Shown: positions 50,518 through 60,762, counted from the first letter of the stretch. The stretch: 64,000 nucleotides of DNA from Candidatus Multivoradales bacterium (GCA_965248925.1 CBDFLE010000006.1:2304001-2368000), one strand, 5' to 3'. Made by a program: numbers and translations. The notes: generated by a model not told the origin, from the letters alone.

Positions 50518-52604
50518 CGCCTGGCCCCAGGCTCAGATACCACCCCGGCCAAAGCTACGGCCGGACCCGCCAGCGGGTAGCTTGGCGGCAGCGGTCGCGG
50601 TCGTTGTTCGGCGGCGGAGGTATCGAGCAACAACCGCCAACTGCCGCTGAGCGCCATCGCCTCGACGGCGAAGGGTACCGTCCGCGAGTGGCCGTTGACC
50701 ATGATTAGCACTTGCTTGAGTTCTCCTGGTGGCACCACGCCGCCACTCAGCCAGACGGCAAAGGCGCCGCGATTTGATTCACTGCCGGGCGAGCCCGCCA
50801 GCGGCTGGCCAGCGGCAAGAAACCAGCGAATGGCCGCGCCCGGCGGCAGCTCATCAGCCTGCCAAGGGCCGAGAACTACCTCGGGCAAGCGGCGGCGCAG
50901 CCGCAGCAGGTAGCGAACGAAATCCAGGCCGGCCCGGCCCGCCGGGTCTAGCCGCCAACTGATCCAGCTGAACTCGTTATCTTGACAGTAGGCGTTGTTG
51001 TTGCCCTCTTGGCTGTGCCCCAGCTCGTCGCCGGCAGCCAGCATCGGCACCGCGCTCGACAGCAGCAAGGTGGCTAGCAGATTGCGCCGAGCCCGTTCGC
51101 GAGCTTGGCGGATCGCCGGATCCTCAGTGGGGCCTTCATGACCCCAATTGCGACTCAGGTTGTGCTGGCTGCCATCGCGGCCGTGCTCGCCGTTGGCAAA
51201 GTTGTGCCGCTGCTCGTAGCTCACCAGGTCGGCCAGGGTGAAGCCATCGTGGCAGGTGATGAAGTTGATTCCGCGGGCGGCCCGCTTGCGCTGCCGCGGC
51301 AGGAGATCGCGGCTACCGCTGAGGCGGCGGCAAAGCTCAGCTCCGGTTTCGATCTCGCCGCGCCAGAAGCGCCGGACAGCATCGCGGTAACGATCGTTCC
51401 ATTCGCCCCAATGGGCGGGAAACGCCCCCAGGCGATAACCGTCCGGGCCCAGATCCCAGGGTTCAGCGATCATCTTGACCTCGGCCAGCAGCGGATCTTC
51501 GGCCAACCGGCGCAACAACGGCGCCGCGGCGTCGAATAGGTCGCCATCGCGGCCCAACACGGTTGCCAGATCGAAGCGAAAGCCATCGACCCCCATCTCC
51601 TGCACCCAATAGCGCAGGCTCTCGACAATCAAGTGTTGCACTGCCTCGCTGGCGGCGTCGAGGCTGTTGCCGCAGCCGCTGTAGTCGGCAAAACGGCGCC
51701 GGTTGCGCGGCCGCAAGCGGTAGTAAGAGAGGTTATCGAAACCCCTTAACGACAGGGTCGGGCCGCGATGGTCTCCCTCCGCCGTGTGGTTGTAAACCAC
51801 ATCGAGAATCACTTCGATACCGGCCCGGTGCAGCTGCCGCACCATGGTGCGGAATTCGTCGACCTGCTGGCCGGCCACGCCGCCACTGGCATAACCGGCG
51901 TGCGGCGCGAAATAGCCCAGCGTGCTGTAACCCCAATAGTTGCGCAGGCCACGCTGCTGCAAGTGTTGTTCGCTGGCAATTTGCTGCACCGGCAGCAGCT
52001 CTAGGGCGGTCACTCCGAGGGCTTGTAGATGCTCGATCACCGCCGGATGCGCTAGTCCGAGGTAGGTTCCTCGCAGCGGCTCGGGCACCTCGGGATGCAG
52101 CCGGGTGAGCCCGCCGACGTGGCATTCGTAGATCACGCTGTGGCGCCAGGGAGTGCGGGGGCGCTCGACCCCCTGCCAATCGAAGGCTGGGTCGACCACT
52201 ACCGAACGCGGCATCCAGGGGGCGCTATCCAGAGAGCTGAAGGAAGACTCGCCACGCCGCGGATCGTGCGCCAACAGGGCCTCGTGCCAACGCGGCTCGC
52301 CGGTGATCGCCCGCGCCCAGGGATCGACCAGCAGTTTGCCGGCATTGAAGCGATGCCCCCGCTGCGGCTGGTAGGGACCCGCGACCCGATAACCGTAGAG
52401 CTGCCCCGGCCCGAGACCTGCAACAAAGATACTCCACAGCCCATCAGCCCCACGCCGCAGCTGCAAGCGACGGTTCTCGTAGCCTTGGCGCAGATCGTCG
52501 AACAAGCACAGCGAAACTGCCTCGGCATGGCGCGAGAACACCGCGAAGCGCACCCCTCGGCCAGTCCAGCAGGCCCCCAAGGGATACTCGGCGGTAGGAC
52601 TCAC
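50514..52604 (-). CDS. glgX: Glycogen debranching enzyme
   Basis: YPLGA, NYWGY, DVVYNHTAEG, DGFRFDLA, IAEPWD, HDGFTL.D, GNNNAYCQDN. GTG 52604 preferred as start. Confidence 0.96.
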   Translation of the reverse strand: MSPTAEYPLGACWTGRGVRFAVFSRHAEAVSLCLFDDLRQGYENRRLQLRRGADGLWSIFVAGLGPGQLYGYRVAGPYQPQRGHRFNAGKLLVDPWARAITGEPRWHEALLAHDPRRGESSFSSLDSAPWMPRSVVVDPAFDWQGVERPRTPWRHSVIYECHVGGLTRLHPEVPEPLRGTYLGLAHPAVIEHLQALGVTALELLPVQQIASEQHLQQRGLRNYWGYSTLGYFAPHAGYASGGVAGQQVDEFRTMVRQLHRAGIEVILDVVYNHTAEGDHRGPTLSLRGFDNLSYYRLRPRNRRRFADYSGCGNSLDAASEAVQHLIVESLRYWVQEMGVDGFRFDLATVLGRDGDLFDAAAPLLRRLAEDPLLAEVKMIAEPWDLGPDGYRLGAFPAHWGEWNDRYRDAVRRFWRGEIETGAELCRRLSGSRDLLPRQRKRAARGINFITCHDGFTLADLVSYEQRHNFANGEHGRDGSQHNLSRNWGHEGPTEDPAIRQARERARRNLLATLLLSSAVPMLAAGDELGHSQEGNNNAYCQDNEFSWISWRLDPAGRAGLDFVRYLLRLRRRLPEVVLGPWQADELPPGAAIRWFLAAGQPLAGSPGSESNRGAFAVWLSGGVVPPGELKQVLIMVNGHSRTVPFAVEAMALSGSWRLLLDTSAAEQRPRPLPPSYPLAGPAVALAGVVSEPGARR

Positions 52605-52633
52605 AGTGTTCGGATCCTGAGTCTTGTAGCCGT

Positions 52634-53851
52634 TCAGCGAGCGCGTACCTGGACCGTCTCGCCAATGGCGTCGAGCATTTCCCGCAGACGATCGTAGTCT
52701 GGATGCTTGACCCGCACCCAGGCATTGGCCATGTAGCCCGCCTCGACCGGTTGGGTCTGACTGCCCACCGGCGGCAGGTGGGTGTCGATGATCCACGGAG
52801 CGATCTGCTCGAGCAAGTGCAGACCCTTGTAAGCGACGATGCGGCCGTCGCAGTCGGGACGCAGGTTGATCAAGCCGGCGGAGTAGCGCTTCGACGGCTC
52901 GGCGCCGGGCTTACCGTGCGCCAAGGCCATTGCCCATTCGCGGTAGACATCCATCTCATGCGCCGCGCAGTAGAGATCCCAGGCCCCGACCCCCGGTGGC
53001 CGGCAGCCGATCTCGGAAAACTTCAGCCCCTTGGGGCCAAAGAACCACTCCATGTGGGTGGCCGAAGTGCCAATGCCGAGCACTTCGATCACCTTCTTGC
53101 CCAGCTCCCGCACTTCGTCGTAGCCTTCGGCATTGAGCCGGTTGGTGGTGATGAACTGGGGCGAGATCCAGCGGGTGCGCATCGCTTCAAGCACTCCCGG
53201 GTAGTAGTGGGTGACGAATTCATGCATCACCTCACCCTCGACACAGAGGGTGTCGTAGAAGCCTTCGTGGCCTTCGATAAACTCCTCGACCGCTACTCCC
53301 GCCCCCTGGCCAACACCCGACTCTTCGATCGCCTGCTCCAGCTGCTCATCGTCGTCAACCCGCCAGGTATTGGCGGCACCAGCGGCATCGCGGGGTTTGA
53401 TGATCAGTGGAAAACCCACTTGGCGGGCGAATTGCCGCACCTCTTCAGGATCGCTGGTGCCGGTGCTTTGGGCAGTGGGTACCCCGGCCTGGCGCAGCGC
53501 TTCCTTCATCGCCGGCTTGTCGCGACACAGATAGGAGGTCTTGACGCTAGTGCCGGGAATGCCGCAAGTCTCGCGCACCCGCGCCGCGGCCATGATGTGG
53601 GCCTCGATCGTGGCCTCCAGCCGATCGACCCAGCCCCGCGCCTGAACCTTTTTCACCGCCGCCAGCAAGGACGGCTCGTGGACCACGCTGGGTACCTGCT
53701 CGTAAGCGTGCAACCACTGTCGCACATCACTCGGCAGAGCTGAGGCCGGAAGCTCACCAATGCCGGTAACCTGAGCACCGACGGCACGCAGAGCGCGAAC
53801 AAACTGCTTCTGATTGTAGGGAAAACAAGGCTCGACAAATATGACGTGCAT
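52634..53851 (-). CDS. ATP-grasp domain protein
   Basis: RDK..MK, GFPLIIKP...AG, VEEFIEG.E, HMEWF, FSEIGCRPPG. Confidence 0.9.
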   Translation of the reverse strand: MHVIFVEPCFPYNQKQFVRALRAVGAQVTGIGELPASALPSDVRQWLHAYEQVPSVVHEPSLLAAVKKVQARGWVDRLEATIEAHIMAAARVRETCGIPGTSVKTSYLCRDKPAMKEALRQAGVPTAQSTGTSDPEEVRQFARQVGFPLIIKPRDAAGAANTWRVDDDEQLEQAIEESGVGQGAGVAVEEFIEGHEGFYDTLCVEGEVMHEFVTHYYPGVLEAMRTRWISPQFITTNRLNAEGYDEVRELGKKVIEVLGIGTSATHMEWFFGPKGLKFSEIGCRPPGVGAWDLYCAAHEMDVYREWAMALAHGKPGAEPSKRYSAGLINLRPDCDGRIVAYKGLHLLEQIAPWIIDTHLPPVGSQTQPVEAGYMANAWVRVKHPDYDRLREMLDAIGETVQVRAR

Positions 53852-53998
53852 GGCTCGCCTCGCAGACGGTAGGCCGACAAAGGCCGGGACGAATCCCGGT
53901 GCGAAAGGAGCCACGATACTAACACCTAGACAACGGCCGAGCGGCCCGGATCGGGAGATCTCCGGGCCTCTCTTGACCGTTGCGCGAGGATTTCTGAG

Positions 53999-54865
53999 TC
54001 AGATCCGATCGAGATGAATTCGGCCGTTGGTGGCGCGCAGGCTGATCAGCGGCCCACCTCCGTTGAGATCGAAACTGACCCGCTTGTGCCGGCTGTGGTG
54101 GCGCTTGTGGTTGGCGGGGCGCTCGACCAAGTCGCCATCGATCGTGCCATTCTGAGTGCGAGCCTCTATCGAAGCCGCCAGACTAGCGTCCACCGCCAGC
54201 TCGATCGAACCGTTGGTGGTCGATAGCTCAATATCTTCGCTCAGCGAATTGGCAAGCATCTCAGCGCTAATGCTGCCATTGGTCGAAGAAGCATCGACCC
54301 GGCCGCCGATGCGCCGCGCACGGATACCGCCATTGGTAGTCGATGCTTCGAGATCGCCACCGATGTCAACCGCCTCGATACCGCCGTTGACAGTGTGCAG
54401 CGAGACCTCTCCCCCCACCCCCTCGGCCGAGACACCGCCGTTGGCCGAGTGGACATCGACGGCGATGTCGCGGGGCACCATGATCTCGTAGTCGACCTTA
54501 TAGTGGACCCCTCGATTCCAGCTCTCGCGACCCGGCACCAGGGTTTCGATCGCGACCCGGCCCGCGGTCTCGCGGATGTCGACTTCGATCTGCTGTAGCA
54601 ACTCGGCGGCGTTGCCGTTCTTGGAACGCACTTTCTTCTGCGCCGTGATGCCAACCTGGGTCCGATCCCAAGCCTTAATGGTAATGCTGCCATTGATGCT
54701 TTCGATCACCAACGCACCGCCGGCGCCAAGCTCTACCGTGCGCTCAATAACCTCTTTCTCCCAGTCGCCACGACTGCCCCTATCCGCGGCCGCGGTGGCC
54801 ACCCAAAACATCGACAGCAAGATCGACAGCGATAGGGCCACGGTTGAAAAGACCCATTTCTTCAT
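53999..54865 (-). CDS. Exported DUF4097 beta-strand repeat protein
   Basis: Signal peptide; repeated S/T-x-N-G-x-I units. ATG 54865 has a GGAGG RBS. Confidence 0.9.
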   Translation of the reverse strand: MKKWVFSTVALSLSILLSMFWVATAAADRGSRGDWEKEVIERTVELGAGGALVIESINGSITIKAWDRTQVGITAQKKVRSKNGNAAELLQQIEVDIRETAGRVAIETLVPGRESWNRGVHYKVDYEIMVPRDIAVDVHSANGGVSAEGVGGEVSLHTVNGGIEAVDIGGDLEASTTNGGIRARRIGGRVDASSTNGSISAEMLANSLSEDIELSTTNGSIELAVDASLAASIEARTQNGTIDGDLVERPANHKRHHSRHKRVSFDLNGGGPLISLRATNGRIHLDRI

Positions 54866-54914
54866 GCGTTTCACCTCCACAGGGCGTTGTTGTATTGCTT
54901 GACTCTCTGCTCCA

Positions 54915-54943
54915 TAGACGCCGGTCCGAGGCGAAAGGTTTGA
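54915..54943 (-). promoter_or_regulatory. ECF (SigW/RpoE-like) promoter upstream of the DUF4097 gene
   Basis: TCAAAC-N17-CGTCTA on the minus strand. Confidence 0.55.
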
Positions 54944-55059
54944 GCCCGGTTTGAGTCCCGCTTGAGCCGTTGGCGATCAGAGCGTATCGTCCATGCTGCG
55001 GCTTAGACCTCCTGGTAGGCTAGCTTTACTCCCAACTGTCTAGCCGATAGGAACCGCCG

Positions 55060-55887
55060 ATGCGCCGATACCGACCCGCCCGAACTCTTGTCAGCCTCAC
55101 CCTCTTGCTCACTCTGGCCACCGCTTGCGGCGACGATCGACTCCAGCTGGTCGGCACGGTCGAGCGCAAGACCCTGGAGTTGGCGGTGCCGATTTCCGAG
55201 GTGATCACCGAGATCCCGGTGGCGGTGGGCAGCCGCATCGAGGCCGAGGAGGTGGTGGTTCAGCTGGACACCGAGGTGGCGGCCGCCGAATTGCGGGCCG
55301 CCGAGGCAGCCCGCGATGCGGCACAAGCAGGGGTCATCGAGACTCGCGGCGTGTTCAGCCGCGTCGAGCGGCTGCGGCGCTCAGGGGTCAAACCGCAGCA
55401 GGCCCTCGACGTGGCTCGGCGCCAGCGAGACGAAGCCCTGGCCCAGTTGGCTTCCTGCGAAGCGCGGATCGTCCAGGCCAGCCATCACCTGGCAGATTTG
55501 ACTGTCCGCACTCTGTCCGCCGGCATTGTCGACCAACTGCCCTACGAGATCGGCGAGCGAGCCCCCGCTGGCGGCGTGGTGGCGGTGGTGCTAGCCGACA
55601 CCAAACCCTGGGTGCGGGTGTGGCTGCCGGCCCGGGTGGTGGCACGGTTGACTCCAGGGCACGCCGCCCAGGTCAGCATTGAAGGGCTCGACAAAGCCCT
55701 GGTGGGGCGCCTGCTCGACATTGCTCGCGAGCCCGAATTCACTCCCCACTATGCCCTCACCGAACGGGAGTCCGCCCACCTGGTGTACGAGGCCCGAATA
55801 GAATTGCAAGACGCCCCCGCCGACTTGCCTCCCGGCCTGCCAGCACGGATCACGCTGCATGCCGACGCACAGGAAACAGCGGGTTGA
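55060..55887 (+). CDS. HlyD-family membrane fusion lipoprotein (YbhG-like)
   Basis: Lipobox ATAC, barrel-sandwich and helical hairpin, EFTP motif. Confidence 0.88.
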   Translation: MRRYRPARTLVSLTLLLTLATACGDDRLQLVGTVERKTLELAVPISEVITEIPVAVGSRIEAEEVVVQLDTEVAAAELRAAEAARDAAQAGVIETRGVFSRVERLRRSGVKPQQALDVARRQRDEALAQLASCEARIVQASHHLADLTVRTLSAGIVDQLPYEIGERAPAGGVVAVVLADTKPWVRVWLPARVVARLTPGHAAQVSIEGLDKALVGRLLDIAREPEFTPHYALTERESAHLVYEARIELQDAPADLPPGLPARITLHADAQETAG

Positions 55888-56840
55888 GCGACGCTGAGCT
55901 GGTGATCGACGCCCGCGGCCTGGTGCGTCGCTTTGGCGATCGGGTGGCGGTGGACGGAGTCGACCTCGAGGTTCGCCGCGGCGAGGTGTTCGGTTTTCTG
56001 GGTCCCAACGGCGCCGGCAAATCGACCCTGATTCGGATGCTGGTCGGCCTGCTCTCGCCGAGCGCCGGCAATGCCGAAGTTCTGGGGCTCGAGATCCCCG
56101 CCCAAGCGGAGCAGCTGCGCTCCAGACTTGGCTACATGACCCAGAAATTCTCCCTCTACGACGATCTGTCAATCGAGGAGAATCTCCGCTTCGCCGCCGA
56201 GATCTTCGGCATGCATGGCGAGGAGGCCACGCAGCGGGTCGAAACTCAGCTGGCCGAATATGGCCTTGCCGAACGCCGCCAGCAGCGCCCAGCAACTTTG
56301 TCCGGTGGCTGGAAACAGCGCCTGGCCCTGGCGGTAGCGACCGTCCACCGGCCCGAGCTGCTCTTCCTCGACGAGCCCACCGCCGGCGTTGACCCCGACA
56401 GCCGGCGCGAGTTCTGGGAGAAGCTGTTCGAGCTCGCGGCGGCTGGCACCACCTTGCTGGTGTCGACCCACTACATGGACGAGGCGGTGCGCTGCCACCG
56501 CATCGGCATTCTCAAGAGTGGTCGCTGGATGGCAATCGCTCGGCCGATGGAGCTCACCGAACACCTAGCTGGCCGCGTTGTAGAGCTACGCGCCGAGCCT
56601 ATCGAGCGGGCGCTGGCCGAGCTGCGCCGGTTGCCGCAAGTGCTCAGCGTCACCCAACTCGGCTACCGGGTGCATGTGCTGCTCACCGAAGACGCGCCGC
56701 CAGCGGCCGAAGCCGCGGCAGGCCTGGCCGCCGCGCTCGAAGCCCGCGGCTTGCGCTCCTTCGAAGCGATGGCTGAAGAACCCAATCTGGAGGATGTCTT
56801 CGTCGCCCTGACCCAAGAGCCGGCGGGGATCGAGGCGTGA
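55884..56840 (+). CDS. ABC transporter ATP-binding protein (YbhF-like)
   Basis: GPNGAGKST, LSGG, LDEPT, STH motifs. Confidence 0.95.
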   Translation: MSDAELVIDARGLVRRFGDRVAVDGVDLEVRRGEVFGFLGPNGAGKSTLIRMLVGLLSPSAGNAEVLGLEIPAQAEQLRSRLGYMTQKFSLYDDLSIEENLRFAAEIFGMHGEEATQRVETQLAEYGLAERRQQRPATLSGGWKQRLALAVATVHRPELLFLDEPTAGVDPDSRREFWEKLFELAAAGTTLLVSTHYMDEAVRCHRIGILKSGRWMAIARPMELTEHLAGRVVELRAEPIERALAELRRLPQVLSVTQLGYRVHVLLTEDAPPAAEAAAGLAAALEARGLRSFEAMAEEPNLEDVFVALTQEPAGIEA

Positions 56841-58051
56841 GCCACCGCGGCAGTTGGCGCCAGGGCTGGCTAGCAAGTTGGCGGCGGGTGCGCTCGGTGG
56901 CGGTCAAGGAACTCCGCCAACTGATCAGAGACCCCTTCACCCTCGGCTTCGCGGTCGGGGTGCCAGCGGCGCAGCTCCTGCTCTTTGGCTACGCCATCAA
57001 CCAGGACATCCGCCAAGTACCCACGGCGGTGGTCGATCAGGCCAACAGCACCGTTTCGCGGCGCCTGGTGGGCCAGATGGAAGCCAGCCAGACTTTCGAA
57101 ATCAAGTTCCGGCCCACCAACGAGCAGCGTGCCCGGCGGCTACTCCAGCAAGGCAAGGCCAAGGTCGTGGTGGTGATTCCGGCCGACTTCAGCCGCGCCG
57201 TCTATCGCGGTCGCGGCGCCGAGGTCTCGGTATTGGTCGACGCCTCCGATCCCACCGTGGCGCGGGCCGTACGGACCACCGCCAACGGCATGATGGAGCG
57301 CCACAACAAACGCTTGCAGCACTTTCAGCTGGGGCCGAACCAGGGTTCGCAGCGGGTCTCGCGCCAGCGTTCGCAATTCGGCAGCGAAAAGCGACTGGTG
57401 GGTAGTCAGTTCCTGCGCTTCGCGGTACTCAATTATTACAATCCGGAGCTACGAACACCCGTCTTCGTGGTCCCGGCCCTGCTCGGCGTGATTCTGACCA
57501 CAACGATGATTTTGATGACCGCCCTGGCCATCGTGCGCGAGCGCGAGCGCGGTACCTTCGAATTCCTGATCGCCACTCCGATCCGCCGGGTCGAGCTGAT
57601 GGCGGGCAAGATCCTGCCCTATGTCGGCATCGGAGTGATGCAGATCTTCATCGTCTTGATCACCGGCCTGGTGCTCTTCCGAGTGCCTATCGAGGGGCGG
57701 GTGCTCGACCTGCTGGCCGCCTCGCTGGTGTTTATCGCCGCCAATCTGGTGCTCGGCTTGGTCATTTCATCAGTGACCTCGACCCAATTTCAGGCCACCC
57801 AATTGTCGTTCTTCTTCTTCCTTCCCTCGGTGCTGCTGTCGGGTTTCATGTTCCCCTTCGAAGCGATGCCGATTCCAGCGCAGTGGTTGGGCGAGATGCT
57901 GCCCCTGACCCACTTCATCCGCATCACCCGCAGTATCCTCTTGCGTGGCACCTCGCTGTTCGACCTCGGCGGCGAGGTCGGTGCCATGCTGCTGTTCACC
58001 GTGGTCGGCTTCATCGCCGCCACGCGGTTGTTCACCAAGAAGCTCGACTGA
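56837..58051 (+). CDS. ABC-2 permease (YbhS/R-like)
   Basis: KE..Q..RD, FGYAIN, RERERGTFE, LSGF.FP, PLTHF. Confidence 0.93.
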   Translation: MSHRGSWRQGWLASWRRVRSVAVKELRQLIRDPFTLGFAVGVPAAQLLLFGYAINQDIRQVPTAVVDQANSTVSRRLVGQMEASQTFEIKFRPTNEQRARRLLQQGKAKVVVVIPADFSRAVYRGRGAEVSVLVDASDPTVARAVRTTANGMMERHNKRLQHFQLGPNQGSQRVSRQRSQFGSEKRLVGSQFLRFAVLNYYNPELRTPVFVVPALLGVILTTTMILMTALAIVRERERGTFEFLIATPIRRVELMAGKILPYVGIGVMQIFIVLITGLVLFRVPIEGRVLDLLAASLVFIAANLVLGLVISSVTSTQFQATQLSFFFFLPSVLLSGFMFPFEAMPIPAQWLGEMLPLTHFIRITRSILLRGTSLFDLGGEVGAMLLFTVVGFIAATRLFTKKLD

Positions 58052-58076
58052 GAGCTACCAACGAAGGAGGGGGGAG

Positions 58077-58664
58077 ATGCCCCGCAAACCGCACCCGACC
58101 GCTCTGCGACCACGCCTGCTCAGGACTCTTCATGCCGCCACCGTAGTCGTTTGTTTGATGGCCAGCTTGGCGGCCTGCGCGGTGGCCGGAGGATCGTCCT
58201 TGACCCTTGGCGAACCAATGCCGGCGTTTGAACTGGCTAATCTGGCCGGCGGCACCCTGGCGAGCGAAGACTTGCGGGGCGCGGTGACAGTGATCAACTT
58301 CTGGGCGACTTGGTGTGGCCCCTGCCGGCGTGAGATTCCGGCACTGCGGGAAATCGGCCAAGTCGCTCGGGTGATAGGGATCAGCCTCGACGACGCCGGC
58401 GAGCAAGGGGCGGTGCGCCAGTTCATCGCCGGCGAAAATATCGACTACACCGTGCTCCAAGGCACCAGGGCACTGACCAGCCAATTCGGTATTCGCAGCA
58501 TTCCCTTCACCCTGATCCTCGATCCGCAGCTCAACGTCACCGCCACTTATCGCGGAGTAGTCCGCCAACGTCGTTTGCGCAAGGCGATCCAAAGAGCATC
58601 TCGGGCTGGCCTCGGCAAGCTCGAGCCGGCCCACTCGGACAGCCGCGAAGGAAGTCCGACATGA
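58077..58664 (+). CDS. TlpA-family thiol-disulfide oxidoreductase (lipoprotein)
   Basis: NFWATWCGPC..EIP, cis-Pro SIP; GGAGG RBS before ATG 58077. Confidence 0.88.
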   Translation: MPRKPHPTALRPRLLRTLHAATVVVCLMASLAACAVAGGSSLTLGEPMPAFELANLAGGTLASEDLRGAVTVINFWATWCGPCRREIPALREIGQVARVIGISLDDAGEQGAVRQFIAGENIDYTVLQGTRALTSQFGIRSIPFTLILDPQLNVTATYRGVVRQRRLRKAIQRASRAGLGKLEPAHSDSREGSPT

Positions 58665-59395
58665 TCGCCCACAACCGTCCCATTTGGCAGCCGTGGCTGC
58701 TAACTCTAGGCCTCGGACTGCTGCTGGCGACCAGCGCTTTCGCCGAGGAGGTTTGGTTCATCGCCGGCAGCGAGCAACAGCTGACCCAGACCGAGGCCCG
58801 CGAGCTGATCCTCGACGGCAAGTACAAGATGACCAAGGTGACCGAAGGCGAGCTCACCCGCGCGATCCTCTACAACAGCACTGACGAGCTGACCCCTTAC
58901 CTGCCGGCAGCCGCCATCGAGCGCATGAACCGGCCAGTGGAGTGGATCGATCCCCTTATGGCGTGGAGTGGCAAGAAATACCCTGACTTCGAATTCACCG
59001 GCCTCGACGGCTCGCGGCTGCGCTCGGCCGATCTGGCGGGGCGAGTGGCGGTGTTGAACTTCTGGTTCATCGCCTGCTTGCCCTGCGTCGAAGAGCTGCC
59101 AGTGCTCAACCAGCTGGTCGAACACTATGCCGAGAGCGAAGTAAACTTCGTCGCCGCCACCTTCGACCCAGCCGAGAAAGTGACCGCCTTCCTGGCCAAG
59201 AGGCCTTTCGACTACCAGCAAACCACCCTCGACCACTCTCTGCTGCAGAAACTCAGCATCGGCGCTTTTCCCACCCACGTCATCCTCGGCCGCGACGGCA
59301 AGATGCGCGCTTTCGTAACCGGCCTCGCCGGTGGCTCAAACAGCCTCCGCGATGAACTCAGCAAAGAGATTGACGCGGCGTTGGCAGGGGACTAG
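58661..59395 (+). CDS. TlpA-family oxidoreductase with extra N-terminal domain
   Basis: Signal peptide; NFWFIACLPCVEELP, FPT. Confidence 0.88.
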   Translation: MIAHNRPIWQPWLLTLGLGLLLATSAFAEEVWFIAGSEQQLTQTEARELILDGKYKMTKVTEGELTRAILYNSTDELTPYLPAAAIERMNRPVEWIDPLMAWSGKKYPDFEFTGLDGSRLRSADLAGRVAVLNFWFIACLPCVEELPVLNQLVEHYAESEVNFVAATFDPAEKVTAFLAKRPFDYQQTTLDHSLLQKLSIGAFPTHVILGRDGKMRAFVTGLAGGSNSLRDELSKEIDAALAGD

Positions 59396-59641
59396 GCGCT
59401 GAGCCAAAGCACGGCAGCCAACTCCACACGCCATCACGGTCGCAGGTCCACCGCTTAGGCGAGTTGACAGCAAGATAGCTCCATAATAGAGTGCTCACGC
59501 GGTTACCGTCTACACGAATCGCATTCAACTCCAGCAAAGTTCTGGCGCGATGCCTGCCGGGTTGGCAAGCACACGTTTGAGTTGTTCCGCCCAATACTCA
59601 TATGATAACACTGAGACAAAGGTCTCCAAAAGTAACAGAAT

Positions 59642-60667
59642 ATGGAAAAAACACCCAAGAAACCAATCAAGTTGCGAATGAATGTTGACTTTGAATCTTT
59701 TGACAAGAAAAGGAAGGAATCATTCCTAGAAGATCTCTCAAGGCTATCGGGTGTTCCTCGGGAAGAGATTACGAAAATCTCTTTCAGGCAAGGATGTGTA
59801 ATATTTGAAGCCAGCTTGGACCGTGAAGCGGCAGAAAGACTTGCTGAACTATTCCTTCATCGCAATGACACACAGAACTCTGAAGAACTGGTGGCACTCA
59901 GGGCATTTGTCAAGAAGTACGGTGTCCACTCGCTCACAGACGACCTGTCCTACCGCATTCAAATCGTGACATCGAGAAAAGCAGCCGAGATCACTCATGT
60001 TGTTTTTGTGCATGGATGGCGAGGAGACGAATTATCATTTGGAAAGATGCCAGAGTTGCTGAATGCTGTTTCTGGCTTGGAATCGCTTGTCTACCCTTAC
60101 CCGACGGGAGTTTGGAAGTCGTCGCCATCGATTCAATACATTGCGAGAAATCTCGAAAATTGGATAAGGAATAGAGTTCGAGGAAATGGAAAGCTGGCCT
60201 TGATTGCTCATAGCATGGGCGGAGTTATCTCGCGACAATTCATCGTCTCTCAGATATGGCGAGATCGCCCAATCAGCAAAGCCATCAAGCTGATTACTCT
60301 GATTGCTTCCCCGCACCACGGTATGGCCTTGGCAGACATCGCGAGGCTATTGCCGGCTGTCAGCGACGAACAGCTGAGAGACCTTTCTCCAAACTCACCA
60401 TTTCTCGTTGAACTAAATCAGCAATGGGCGAAATGGAGCTCTCAGAATGTCCCAGAGAGTTGTCGCGTTCGCTGCATTTACGGGACGAAAGATAAAGTTG
60501 TGCCTACTGCGAGCGCATCTGCATTGGATTCGGAAGCGGTTCCAATGCTCAATGCGACTCACCGTGGGATAGTAAAAATAGGATCTAGAGAAGACGAAGT
60601 ACTCGTGACCTTCACGCGCTTCCTTGAAGAGGCCGGCCTCTTGAAACAGCGCTTACTAGAGCAATAA
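59642..60667 (+). CDS. Low-GC alpha/beta hydrolase (PGAP1/DUF676-like) with N-terminal SEA-like domain
   Basis: VFVHG, AHSMGG, SPHHG, D.VV and H..IVK motifs. Sample 60-nt lines counted by hand give 33% and 40% GC. Confidence 0.85.
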   Translation: MEKTPKKPIKLRMNVDFESFDKKRKESFLEDLSRLSGVPREEITKISFRQGCVIFEASLDREAAERLAELFLHRNDTQNSEELVALRAFVKKYGVHSLTDDLSYRIQIVTSRKAAEITHVVFVHGWRGDELSFGKMPELLNAVSGLESLVYPYPTGVWKSSPSIQYIARNLENWIRNRVRGNGKLALIAHSMGGVISRQFIVSQIWRDRPISKAIKLITLIASPHHGMALADIARLLPAVSDEQLRDLSPNSPFLVELNQQWAKWSSQNVPESCRVRCIYGTKDKVVPTASASALDSEAVPMLNATHRGIVKIGSREDEVLVTFTRFLEEAGLLKQRLLEQ

Positions 60668-60762
60668 TAAGCAGGAGATCCGCAGCCGACTTCAAGATCG
60701 AATTGAGTGCAAATAACAAACGCCTCATCGTCAGTTACTCTTCGAGTCGGCGTCTGCCCTCC

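Noticed and set aside
59414-60757. Integron attC sites around the low-GC gene
   Set aside because: No clear RYYYAAC...GTTRRRY ends and no integrase; kept only as generic hairpins.
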